A stretch of 64,000 nucleotides of DNA from assembly GCA_907165135.1 (NCBI GenBank), contig OU015566.1, forward strand, positions 5,456,001-5,520,000, in the 5' to 3' direction. The notes beneath the pieces are model-generated. The model was not told the origin of the DNA and did not search any database. It saw nothing but the letters and a program-made list of their open reading frames with translations. The position numbers and the translations under genes were made by a program. The stretch comes from Oikopleura dioica. Taxonomy: Eukaryota > Animalia > Chordata. Shown here one piece after another: positions 1 through 10,556 of this stretch (positions are counted from its first letter, which is position 1; each line of letters opens with the position of its first letter).

Positions 1-171
1 CATCGCCGCGCCGTTAACATCCGTCAAGATTACTACCATGACGATGCGATTGACAAGAATCTCGGTCATAATCAGTTTCTCTGAACTCGCCTGTGCCCGC
101 TCAGATTTTCGTTTATTTATTGATTATCTTGGAGCAAGGAAAATTTTTGTTAACGGGTAATTTCTTAAGAC

Positions 172-3100
172 ATGACTCCAACAAAGCGCCGAAGCGTTCG
201 ACGCCCTGTGAGCACCCCTGAGCCGACAAAAACTGGGCTTAAGCTCAGTCGAAAAACCATGGCTTTGACTCCTATCCCGCGAATGTAAGTGTAAAAATTA
301 TTATGCTAGTAATACCATCAAAATTAAGGCCCCAGCCGTGCTTCAAGAAAACAATGGTGGGACACAAGCGGCGATTTGTCAAGGCATGCCGACGTAACAC
401 CCAGCAAGCGATTTCAAGCGTTGCGTCAATGGCGACCCATTACGCTGCGCCATTTGTTGCTGGAAGTCGCCGAGCAGGAGGTAATTAAAAACTAGAAGAA
501 TTCAATTCAATACTGTTCCAGGCAAGCGACGACGAAGCGGTGGCTCTCCTCAACACTCTCCCCCACGCAAAAAGTCCGTTCAGAAGCATCTGAAGAAAGT
601 GGGCGTTTTGATGAAAGACGCGTTCAACGCCGCCCAAAGTAAGTTCTGTCAAAAAAACTGAATGCCTGTTAAACATGGATCTTTTAGACTTTGCAAATAG
701 TCCAAAAGCTATTTGCCTTGGAGGGCAGATCGGCGATTACGAAGGTTACGTCTCGCTCAAGCACACTCCCTGCCAGCTTTCCTTTAAAAAGCCGCCCGCA
801 TTCAAGGCGCCCAAGCTCAACTTCGATGGCACCGTGACATCTCGACGACGCGGTGGCGAGCGTGTCAAGGTTCCCGGCAGCGGAACTCTTATGAAGGCCA
901 AAAACATCATCGAGCTAGGTAAAGAAAAGTCAAAATGCACACAATTTACGCAGAATTTAGATTAAAACTCCGCTTCGAATCGCCGCAGCCGGCATTTGTT
1001 TACATCTTTGACGAGCGCTTTTTTCCTGCCAACCATTGTTTTGAACTTTGGCACATCTTTTGTTTTTTACTCCATATTGAAACCTGCTCCTCGCTGCTCG
1101 CCTTTAACGCTGTTTTACGAATAGAGACACAAAAATATTATTTTCATTTGTTTGTTTTTAGATGGCCAGAACAAAAGCCGATCTACTCAAAAAAAGACAG
1201 GAGAGTTCGGCTGATAGAGAGACTAGGCGAAAACAAGGTAGCGTATCGCTGTGTATTTCTCCTGTTAATCGTTCTTCAGCTTTTGAGGCGTACAACAACA
1301 TTGTGCGCGTACAATCCAACGGAATGATGGCGGCGAGAAAGCGAAGTGCGCCCCTCCTTTCATCAGGTAAGAGCTTACATCAAGTTTTTTTTTGTGCTTA
1401 AAAAAAGATTGATCTAGCCTCTTATAGATTCAGAGGCAGAGGGTGATCTCCTCATCGACGAGGCAGCCGCCGGAGAGGAAGTTGCTGGCACAACTGGCCA
1501 AGATGAACCTGCCACGAAACCTGCTGGTAAAGCCTTAGTCGCAGCTAGCCGTACTTTGGAAGGTCTTAAGTCTGTAGAAAAGGACGCGGACGAGAGCGCG
1601 AAAAAGAAAAAAGCCAAGGAGGACAAAATCGACGGCGGGGCAAAAGAAGTGCCAACTTCGAAAAAGAAGAAAAAGAAAATCTCGGCTGGCGAAGAACCTC
1701 CAAAGAAAAAAACCAAGTCGGCAAAAGCTCTTAAGAAGCGGGCAAACGAGACGGAAGACAGTGATGAAGATCAGACCCCGTCAGCGCGTAAAAAGACCAA
1801 ACGAGTTCGCCGAAAAATCGTGCCCAAGTCGTACATTACGCAAATCGAGTGGCAACGAGATATCCAAGATTTCACAAACGACAAAGCCGCTCATATCTCC
1901 GACAGCGTTTACACAAACCATCCAGATTCAGCCAAGACTGTCGTAGTCAAATCTGGCGCTTCCACGGTTTTGCCTCGTAGCGACTTGCCCGAACCGAGCC
2001 TCATCGTCGGAGCTGATAGTGTTTTTCCGACAACGATCCCCTTTGATCCCGCTGTGGCTGCCTTTTTCGACCCCGAGATGACAGATAGCGATACAGATGA
2101 AGCCGCAAAAGCAGAGCGCCATGCTCAATACGAAAAACATGCGGCTATTTATCCGATGAATGTTCTCAAATTGCGCCAGGTTTACGCACGATCTTACTGG
2201 ACAATGCGAGGAGTCGCCGCTTCGCTTTACGACACTCGCCTTGGAATTTACGCCAGGAATCTGGCAAAACGATCCAAGCAACTGTTTAAAGACGAAACTC
2301 CCGAATCGCGCTTTCGAGTTATCTTTGAGAGCTCCTCCAAGCTAATGTACGATTCGTTTTACACAAAGCCAATGTCTGCGTCAGCTCCAGTAAAAAAATG
2401 GAAAGAAATTGGGGCCCTTTTTCCTATTTTCAACGTCAACGGCTTTGGCCACTTTGTCGCCGTTGATTTCCGAGTCTGGGTAATGTTTACATCATTGACA
2501 AAAATTTATTTGATGTTTTAGGTCAAATATGATAGCAATTGGAAACTCTTGTCGCTGCACGACATAAATCTTGGTCATCCTGCGGTCACCTTTGCAGGGC
2601 TAAACAATGTTACATCTACAGTGTATCCTTGGCCGAAGGAGGGCGATTACGCACTCGAAAAAAGTGCACTCTTGTTGACGATGGGTCTAGTCCCAATTCC
2701 ACATCGCCCGCCGTACGCTGATGCTGCCGATAAGCTCACAGCCGAGGTAAACAAAACTCATTAAAATCACGAATAAAATCTTTCCCATAGGTCTGCGAAA
2801 TGTTGGGCGTCTTTCGCCCATTACCCCACGGAATGGCTCACGATCAGCGTGACACAATATATTTGGAGCTCGAAAACATGCTTTATCGAAGCTTGATTGT
2901 GTCTAAAGAAGAAACTCTCCGCGCCCGAAGCGAAACCGACGCGCAATTCCCCATCGAAGAGCGCTTTAAAACTCTGGTTGGGCTTCTTGAGACACATTTT
3001 CGCCCTAGCGATGGTGGCTACGCTCCAGCAAAGAGCAAGGAAACAGCGAGACCCACTGAAGAGGCGTTTAGAACGCTATTTGAGGCTCTTCCGCCAGTTA

Positions 3101-3481
3101 TGAAACTCAAGGGGCTAGCACCTTCACGGGAGCTCTTTCGTCGCTTTCTACAAAGTTTGGCTAGCGTGCGATTTACCGAAAATCCAAGGCTTATGCGCAT
3201 CGTAAGTTTAATCTGATGTTGCTTTTTTTGATCTAAAAATAAATTAGTTTGGAGCGCCGACTATTCCAGCTGATATCGTGTCCTGGCAGGGGTGGGCGGC
3301 GCTTCCCGTTGAAGCCCTGTTACCTGCACCCGGGGTGAACGGTGGCAATCTCTTGCGCGAAGAGCTCGAAAAAATGCTTGCCAAGAAGCGACGGATCGAC
3401 TATGGAGCGGCTGAAGACAACCAAATCCCTCGTTATAAAGATTCTGCTCCATACCCGCGCCCTCCAATTACAAAGCATTAG
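172..3481 (+). CDS. Multi-exon Polinton accessory protein with Lys/Glu-rich central region, function unknown
   Basis: ORFs 1556-2521, 2549-2764, 2800-3216 and 3278-3481 join in frame via GT-AG introns 2480-2521, 2747-2790 and 3202-3247. The 5' exons (172-1427) are not fully resolved. Confidence 0.65.
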
Positions 3482-3563
3482 CTTATTTGATGTCACTCTG
3501 TCTGCCAAGTTAAATTTAGCGCTTAAAAACTAAAATTTATTTAAAAAATCGCTCGTTTAGAAA

Positions 3564-6348
3564 ATGCGAATTGTCAGTATTTTCTTTGTTAGCCCGTTGG
3601 TGGCCGCGCTACCTCATACATATGAAGAGGCCGAGCGCTACTGCAATATCGGAAGACATTATTCGACGGAATTCTGTCGCGAATTTCGCGGCGAGGAGGT
3701 CGTAAAGCGAGAGCCGACGACGAGCACAAGTACTACAAGTACGACGACTACGGCGTCGACTACAAGCACGACGTCGACTACAAGCGCGACGTCAACTACG
3801 ACGTCTACTACAAGTACGACCTCAACTACGACGTCGACTACAAGCACGACGTCAACTACTACGACCCGTCAAGAGCCAACTCAGGTGATGGGCGCGTCAA
3901 CGCTACCCGGCAATGATACGGAGGAAATTGTTACTACGGCCGAAATGCCTACGGCGGAAACAACAGTCGCTGCTTCGGACGGTCGACAAACAATTCCAAC
4001 ATTGACGATTCAATTGCCGGAAAGCGAAACAATAATTGCGAGTCCGAATGTAACGGTTCAAAGGTAATTTTTGTGCAATATGTATAAACAGCCGCCCGCA
4101 ATAAAATTCATTATAAACAAACAGCCGGTTTGATATCCTACCTCGAGCGCGGGGCCTACTTTTTTTTGGGGAACAGCGCATTTGTTTTGAACTTTGGCAT
4201 CACCAAAGATCGCCATCATGCGAGGCCCTGCTTTGGTATAAAAAGGGAGCGACTCAAAAACTAATTATCAAAATCAAAATCGATTCTTTTTCAAACAAAA
4301 CAAGAACAAGATCAACTTGAAACAATGAGCTGCCTTCCAGTCTTCAAGAAACTCGGCAAAATCCTCAAGAAAAAAGTCGGCGAGTACTCGCCCAAGAAGA
4401 ACGAGCCAGACAGAGAGGAACTCCTTTACTGCATTCGAAGACAGCCCATCGTCAAGAGCGATGGGTATGCCACGCTCCGCCGGTGGCCCGTGCAGGACAT
4501 GCATTCCTCGTTTCCGTTAGCCGAGGGGCGAAACTGGTCGTACACCCTAACCGCCTAAACCTACAGCTCCGCGCTCACGTACTCACTTTCTTCCCTCTCC
4601 GGTTCCTTATCACTTCTTATGACTCACACATCTCAACCTACGTAATCTATTCTAAAAAATCGTTAAAAAAATCAATAAAAATCTAGAAAATCGATAAAAA
4701 ATTTTTCTTTGTCTAGAAAATTCTAGGGGGCTGGGGATCTTCTATACCTGGAAACACCTGCACCTTGGGATCCCCCCGCGTAGATCAATGAAGCAATTTT
4801 GAGGTGTATGCAGGTATCGCCAAGGTGCAGGAATTTCCTGATAGGGAGGGATCTCAAAGCATAGAAAGTTTCTGACTAACGAATTTTTTCAGGCTGAACC
4901 AAACGACCGGTTACAACCTTTCAACCGGTTCTTTCGATTCGAGCAACTACAGTGTCGGCTTCTGGATTGTATTGACGCTGCTGATCGTGTTAGCGGTGTC
5001 CGTTTGGTGTTGCTGCAGTAAGGATATCAAGCGTTATGCGTGCAATGCCTGGGAGAGTGGCTGTGATTGGATCTACTCCGTGTGTCCCTGCTGCCCGGAC
5101 ATTGATGACGAGCAAGGCGACGGGTACCTTTTGGAACCGCGTGACTTGAGTCTACGATCTAGCTCAAACAGAGGAAGACCGACTGTAGTTGAGAATGCAA
5201 ATTACGTCAGAGGTAAATTCTGTCGATTGTTCACCAATTAATCATTACTAGGAAACGCGAAAAGTTCAAAAAACGCACCGCCTAAAAATTCGCGAATCGA
5301 GGAAGAATTTGAACGCGGCGGAAGCTCCGGCCCGCCTCGAGTTCCACCGCCGCCCGCTCCAACACGCTCTCGCGCGGCGAGAAAAAGCGCCAGCCGCCGC
5401 ACGTCTAAGCCCGCGCCCAAACGCATTCCAAAGCAACTTGTTCTTCCTCGACCCAAAACCTATGAGCCGAAATTCGAGTTTTCCCAATCGGACGATGAAG
5501 ACGACTGTTGCGAGACTTCGCCGCTCAACAAGCCGCCGAGCTGTACGGCACCCCCGCGCCCTAAACCTCCTCAATTAACGGTAGCTGCCTTTATTTTTGT
5601 TTCTTAAATTAATTTCGTTTAATAGAAAATCGAAACGGAGGAAGAAACCACACAAATCACAAAAGAGGATACGCCCCAGAATATTAAAAAAGAACCTAAT
5701 GAGGGTTCGTGGGTTTCGAACCTTTTCGGCAAAGCGTAAGTCTTTCCGCCACTTTGTCATTTTTAAAAATGTGCACTAGACTCAACTTAATTCCGGCTCT
5801 CCCCGCTCCAGTCCATCAAGCGGACGCAAAAGGTAATTTAATTTTCATAATTGCGCTGCTTAAAAATAAATTTAGTCGAGATAAAAAATGAAAAAGACTG
5901 CAAAGAAGAACTTGCTTGGTCGCCCCCAACCGCCGAAACCATCTTGGCCCAACCAAGCGTCAAAGTTGAAAATGAACAAATGACTCCTGTTCAAACTTTC
6001 TCCGCCCCGTCTCTCTCCTTGGCGGAAGTCGACCCTGACGAGAAAAATGCGCCTATCGTCGCACTTGCAGACACAACCGCTTTCAATGGTTTTGATGAAA
6101 CCGTTTTTCCCGTCGACACCACCGCCACCGCCGAGGGCGTTGACGACGGCGACAATGTCTCATTCTGCAGCGAAATTACGCCACAACAAACTCCAGAGCA
6201 ACCACATCGCGCACTTCCAGACATTGTGTCTGATCACGAGTCGCCAGTTATTGCGGCTCCAAAGTGTCCCTCGGCGCCCAAGAAAGAAAAAGTTATCTTC
6301 TCACGATACGGCCGCCGCGTGCAAGCACCAAAAAGATTCGAGTCTTGA
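3564..6348 (+). CDS. Type I membrane mucin-like glycoprotein with long Pro/basic-rich cytoplasmic tail
   Basis: Signal peptide MRIVSIFFVSPLVAA, Thr/Ser tract and sequons NDT, NVT, NQT, NLS, NYS. Intron 4064-4892 joins in frame to TM VGFWIVLTLLIVLAVSVW-CCC. Further exons run to the stop at 6348 (later joins less certain). Confidence 0.75.
3718..3865 (+). repeat. Coding ~18-bp degenerate tandem repeat (Thr/Ser tract)
   Basis: ACGACGTCGACTACAAGC-like units encoding TTSTTS. Confidence 0.85.
4237..4243 (+). promoter_or_regulatory. TATA box upstream of nested ORF
   Basis: TATAAAA ~85 bp before ATG 4325, preceded by the element motif TTTTTGAACTTTGGCA (4183-4199). Confidence 0.5.
4325..4558 (+). 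CDS. Small basic protein (77 aa) nested in the glycoprotein intron
   Basis: Intact ORF MSCLPVFKKLGKILKKKV..., with its own TATA, lying inside intron 4064-4892. Confidence 0.5.
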   Translation: MSCLPVFKKLGKILKKKVGEYSPKKNEPDREELLYCIRRQPIVKSDGYATLRRWPVQDMHSSFPLAEGRNWSYTLTA

Positions 6349-6481
6349 AAACTTACCACTTCCACTCTCTCATCAATCTATGTTCACTCCAATTTTAGCT
6401 CCATTCTCACACTCTCGCTCTCATTTTTGAATTTTAATTGTTTTTATATTTTTGTTTTGGATATTTTGTTTAGAACTTTGC

Positions 6482-8253
6482 ATGAGCCAGGCCGAGCTCG
6501 ATGGTGAGTGTGAGATTGTCTCCGAGAATGCGCCGACCGCAACCGCTAGTGGCGGGGCCTCCGCAGCTAAACGGGCAAGCAAATCATCAAGAGCAAGAAC
6601 GACAAGGTCGTCGAGCCGCCGAACAAGAGCCGACGCCCAGAACTCTTCGTCGAATAATGATGCGAGTAGACAGCGCGGTTCGCTTCCGAGAAGCAACAAA
6701 CGAAGAGTTCAACAGGCTAAGAACGGAAATAGCGGCGATCAAGCAATGTCTGATCTTGCAAAATCAGGCTATGAGCTTTCCTCCGCAAAACAATCTACAA
6801 CAAGAACAACAAGTCGAGCAGCCGATGCGCTGGATAACGAAACAATGGGTGAGTTTTTTGTCAAAAATCTATAATAATCGACTGTTTAGCAAAATGCGAA
6901 GTTATTAGCTCGCGCAGTTCTTCAATATGCGGACGAATTAGCCGGAACAGTCTTTCTAGCGCTTCTTATAACCGTTGCGCCAGCGTTGGCGATTCGATTG
7001 CTAATGCAGAATTAAAGGACGAAAATCAAACGGCAACAAAATCGCTGTCGATTCGCGCCCTGCGTAAACGTCAGAAAACCCCCATATTTGAACAATCTTG
7101 GCCCGAGTACTTTCAAGCCATCTGGGACAATGCTTACAATCGAACGAGTTTATTCGAAAATTGTCCCGTGAATATCGTCGGCGGTAATCGTTACTATCCT
7201 GAAAGTGGGATCAATTGGGCGCTTGCGATCATGAGAAACACACCCGAGGATTCAATCAAAAAAATGCTTTTGGGCTCGTCGTTGATCGATGGAAGTGTGC
7301 TTTATGGCCGACAGTATAACGAAACCGATTCTTTACTGCCGCCATCGCCGCAGCCGAGCCGCACTGCACCGAGCCGTACGGCGTCCGAATCAGATTCGTT
7401 TCGATTTTTTGATGCCAATCTTTGCGAGAAATATCCGCCGTTTCAACAACAAAGCGTCGCTCTCGCGACTCTTGAATTTTCCGTCATATTGGATGTAAAA
7501 TGTGTCCCGTCGTATCTTGTTGATGGAAGCCAAGCAACGGACCTTAACAAAGTACGCATTGTATCATTTGCGCTGCGCGATGTTGCCGAAAAAAAATCAA
7601 TGTTTGACGATACAGAACGGCATCACGAGAGCGAGTTTAATATCGGCGCTGATATTTCAGAAGAATGCATTACAGCAATCCGTCAACTCTGCACAAAATC
7701 GTATTACGACACGAAAATATCGCCAAGTTTTTCGACATCCTGCTGCGATATTCAAACGACCGCGTTTTGGCGAACACAAGTTTTGGACTACTATCTCACA
7801 ATTTGTGCGATAACAGACGCGCTAACCGAAACAGCGCATATGACAACGGTGGAGGACGAAAATTTTATTCCGCTCATGTACAAAAAGCTACAGCTGATTG
7901 AAAACGCTGCAACGGCTACAGTCGACGATCAGCAACAACAACGAGGCGAGGAAACAAATTTACCAAAAGTCCACAAAATGCTAGAAGATCTCGAGCGTGC
8001 ATTACAGCGGATTACACTTTTGCGTGATTCGTGCAAAAATGCCCACATCAACTTTTTAATAGGAAAGCGCTCCACTAAAATTCTGTCAACAAAAAAACAA
8101 ATTTGTAGAACGCGCTCTAAAAGTCTGCCGGAAATTTATCACCGAATATGTTCGTCAGCAAAGAGGACACATGAATCTCGTCTATTCACATACAAAATCG
8201 GAGATGGCAATTCTTTTGACTCGATTAAAAGGCGATCAAGAGACGTCGGATGA
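6482..8253 (+). CDS. Two-exon accessory protein (~575 aa), Ser/Arg-rich N-terminus, function unknown
   Basis: MSQAELDG... joins via GT-AG intron 6849-6889 in frame with ORF 7168-8253. Confidence 0.7.
6501..7015 (+). CDS. Overprinted tail-anchored coiled-coil protein (~157 aa)
   Basis: The alternative frame is open on both sides of the same intron 6849-6889 and ends in hydrophobic GTVFLALLITVAPALAIRLLMQN*. Confidence 0.55.
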
Positions 8254-8358
8254 GCGGCTGCGTCGTGAGATTTTGCTTAAAAGACTGGAAAAACTGCGCC
8301 AAGATGCAATCAACTCACATAGGCTGGGGTTATACCGATCGATTATCTATCACGAATA

Positions 8359-9438
8359 ATGGATAAGTTTAACCCCAAAAGACAAACCATGCGCCGCATA
8401 ATTTGTGTCCTTCATCATCGTTATGTTGCCTTTCAAATCGCCCGGAGAGAGAGTATGGACGAACGATGTAACGAGCTGCTCAAGCACAAGTCGATTCTAA
8501 ACGAAGAGTATCTGTCAGTAAAACGCCATCAATATAAATTGCTGCTACAGAAAAGTGAATACGACAGTGCCGATTTCAAACTTTATCGCGCGCGCCCCCT
8601 CGAATCAACCAGCGGAAGTGTTATTGAACATGCGCTCTGGAAACGTCAAGACGGTGATTATCACCCTGAAACACCAATATGTAGCAGCGGTGAAGATACA
8701 GACGACGGAATTCAAGACATTGAGGACGTCAGCTTGGACATTGAGCCGTCGATAAGCGACACAAGGTGCAAATATACAAATAATTAATATTTGATTCTTG
8801 TTTAGCAGAATATCCGCGGCGGCGCGATCAAGTGAAGAAAAAAAGCAATTGCATGTGCCGCCTCTACAAACTGCGCTGTCCCTTCTCACGCCAGTAACAA
8901 CAGCAGTAAGCAGTACTGCATGCACAACTGCAGAACAGAGTACGCTGAACCAAATTGTAAAAACTGCGGTCGCCAATTCTAATCTTCGACTCTTTACTGG
9001 GTCAAACAACACGCCCAGTCATCGAGTGGACAAGCTTCCAAAAATCGAACAACCGACAGACCTATCTTGTAAGCTCTTTTCACTCCTTCCCATAATTTAC
9101 TTTCAGTTTCAAATAAAATGCCGCCGCCGCAACATGTTCCGCCGCCGCCAAGTGTGCGGCCTGCCGTAGGGCCCGCCGTAGGGCCTGCCGTAGGGCCCGC
9201 CGTAGGGCCTGCCGTAGGTCCTGCCGTAGGGCAAGCCGTAGGGCAAGCCGTAGGGCAAGCTTTGTCTGCAGTACCGTCTAGGCCTACCGTAAGGCCTGTT
9301 GTCCCTCCTTTTCGCCCATCGTCAAACGAGAACATGTACAACATCAACGAGTGTGTTTATCAACCTTCTACTTCCACCGCCGCCGCCGCCGCCGCTTTAG
9401 AAAACTCTTTTGACCAAATGTTCAACAATTATCAGTAA
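8359..9438 (+). CDS. Multi-exon accessory protein with acidic and Pro-rich (PAVG)n regions
   Basis: ORFs 8359-8787, 8798-9169 and 9118-9438 are separated by short intron-like segments (~8766-8807, ~9069-9106). Exact joins were not checked. Confidence 0.55.
9160..9258 (+). repeat. 12-bp coding tandem repeat GCCGTAGGGCCT/GCAA
   Basis: About 8 units encoding PAVG/QAVG. Confidence 0.9.
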
Positions 9439-9535
9439 AATCATTTATTTCTATGCTAACCTGCTCCTGACAAGTTCACTTTTATAAAAAAAAACACGAA
9501 AAAATAAATGTTAATCGTTGTATAAAAAAGCGTTT

Positions 9536-10517
9536 TTATTGATTCAACCAAGAGGGAGGATAAGTGAGTACAATTATTTGGAAACCAAGGATTCGGTGAA
9601 GTCGAACGTTGCTTTCTTTGTAAACATTTCGACGGAGAAACGTATTTTGCAGCAGTTTATCGGCAAAAGCAGTCGGCTCCAACTCGGCAAGCATTTGATC
9701 CAGGTCCTTTTCGTTTCGCAGTATTTCTGTATCGTTTAGGCTTCCCCATGTATTCGGGTACACTATTTCGTAGCGCGTGTCAACATATGACTCGCCACTC
9801 TCGTCGGTAAATGTGTTGCTACTTTTTGTAATGTACCACGCGTCGACCGAGATTCGCAACAGGCCGTTTAGATTTTCCGCAAGCTGCTTGACAATGTTTT
9901 GAACATTGGCATCGTTCAACAGCGAAATTGTATACTTGTTGCAGAGCTGTGCATAGCGGCTATAATAATCGCCACCCAACTCGAGTTGATTTTCACGCCA
10001 AGATTGCCCTGAATTTGTTTCCAAATATAAAAACCTACAAAACAAACGTATATAGTAAATTGGAGGAAATCGTAATGAGTCGGCCGCAGTGAGCATTTTC
10101 ATTTCTTCAGGTTGAAAGTAGCCCTTGGGTGGGTTTTTATGCGGGATCAGCTTGTCCAAGAATTCGCGATTGGCCTTGCTCCCCGTTCCGAGAAAATCGC
10201 CTTCGTAATTCCAATCTGGCACCGCTTTTGACGCAGGAAAACCAATTCATTTGATGGCGACTCAAATTAAATCGCGGATCGTCAATCTCATCCAAGTCGA
10301 CGAAGCGCTCAGGCGGATTGAATTTGACGCGAAGTCTTGAATCCCGACGCTTTCGGAAAATATAATCGACAATGTTTTCGCCTTCTTCAATATCCGCATA
10401 TGATGATGATGATGATGATCGTCTATTGTTAAAGGAGTCGTCTGTGTCAGCAACAACAGAGCCATTTGCTTTTTCCGACGGTTTCAAATAATTGAAAATT
10501 GTATTCTTTGAGCCCAT
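9536..10517 (-). CDS. Putative stand-alone terminal-protein-like gene (one frameshift near 10225)
   Basis: ORFs 10137-10517 and 9536-10222 join by one base at GTCAAAAGCG. The C-terminal pattern (ILRNEKDLDQMLAEL...SNVRLHRILGFQIIV) resembles the N-terminal region of Polinton pPolB. Confidence 0.45.
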
Positions 10518-10556
10518 TCTGAAAAAAGAACAAACCTTACTTACAAAAACATTTAA

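Noticed and set aside
3659-3847. Val-rich minus-strand ORF
   Set aside because: Antisense shadow of the Thr repeat.
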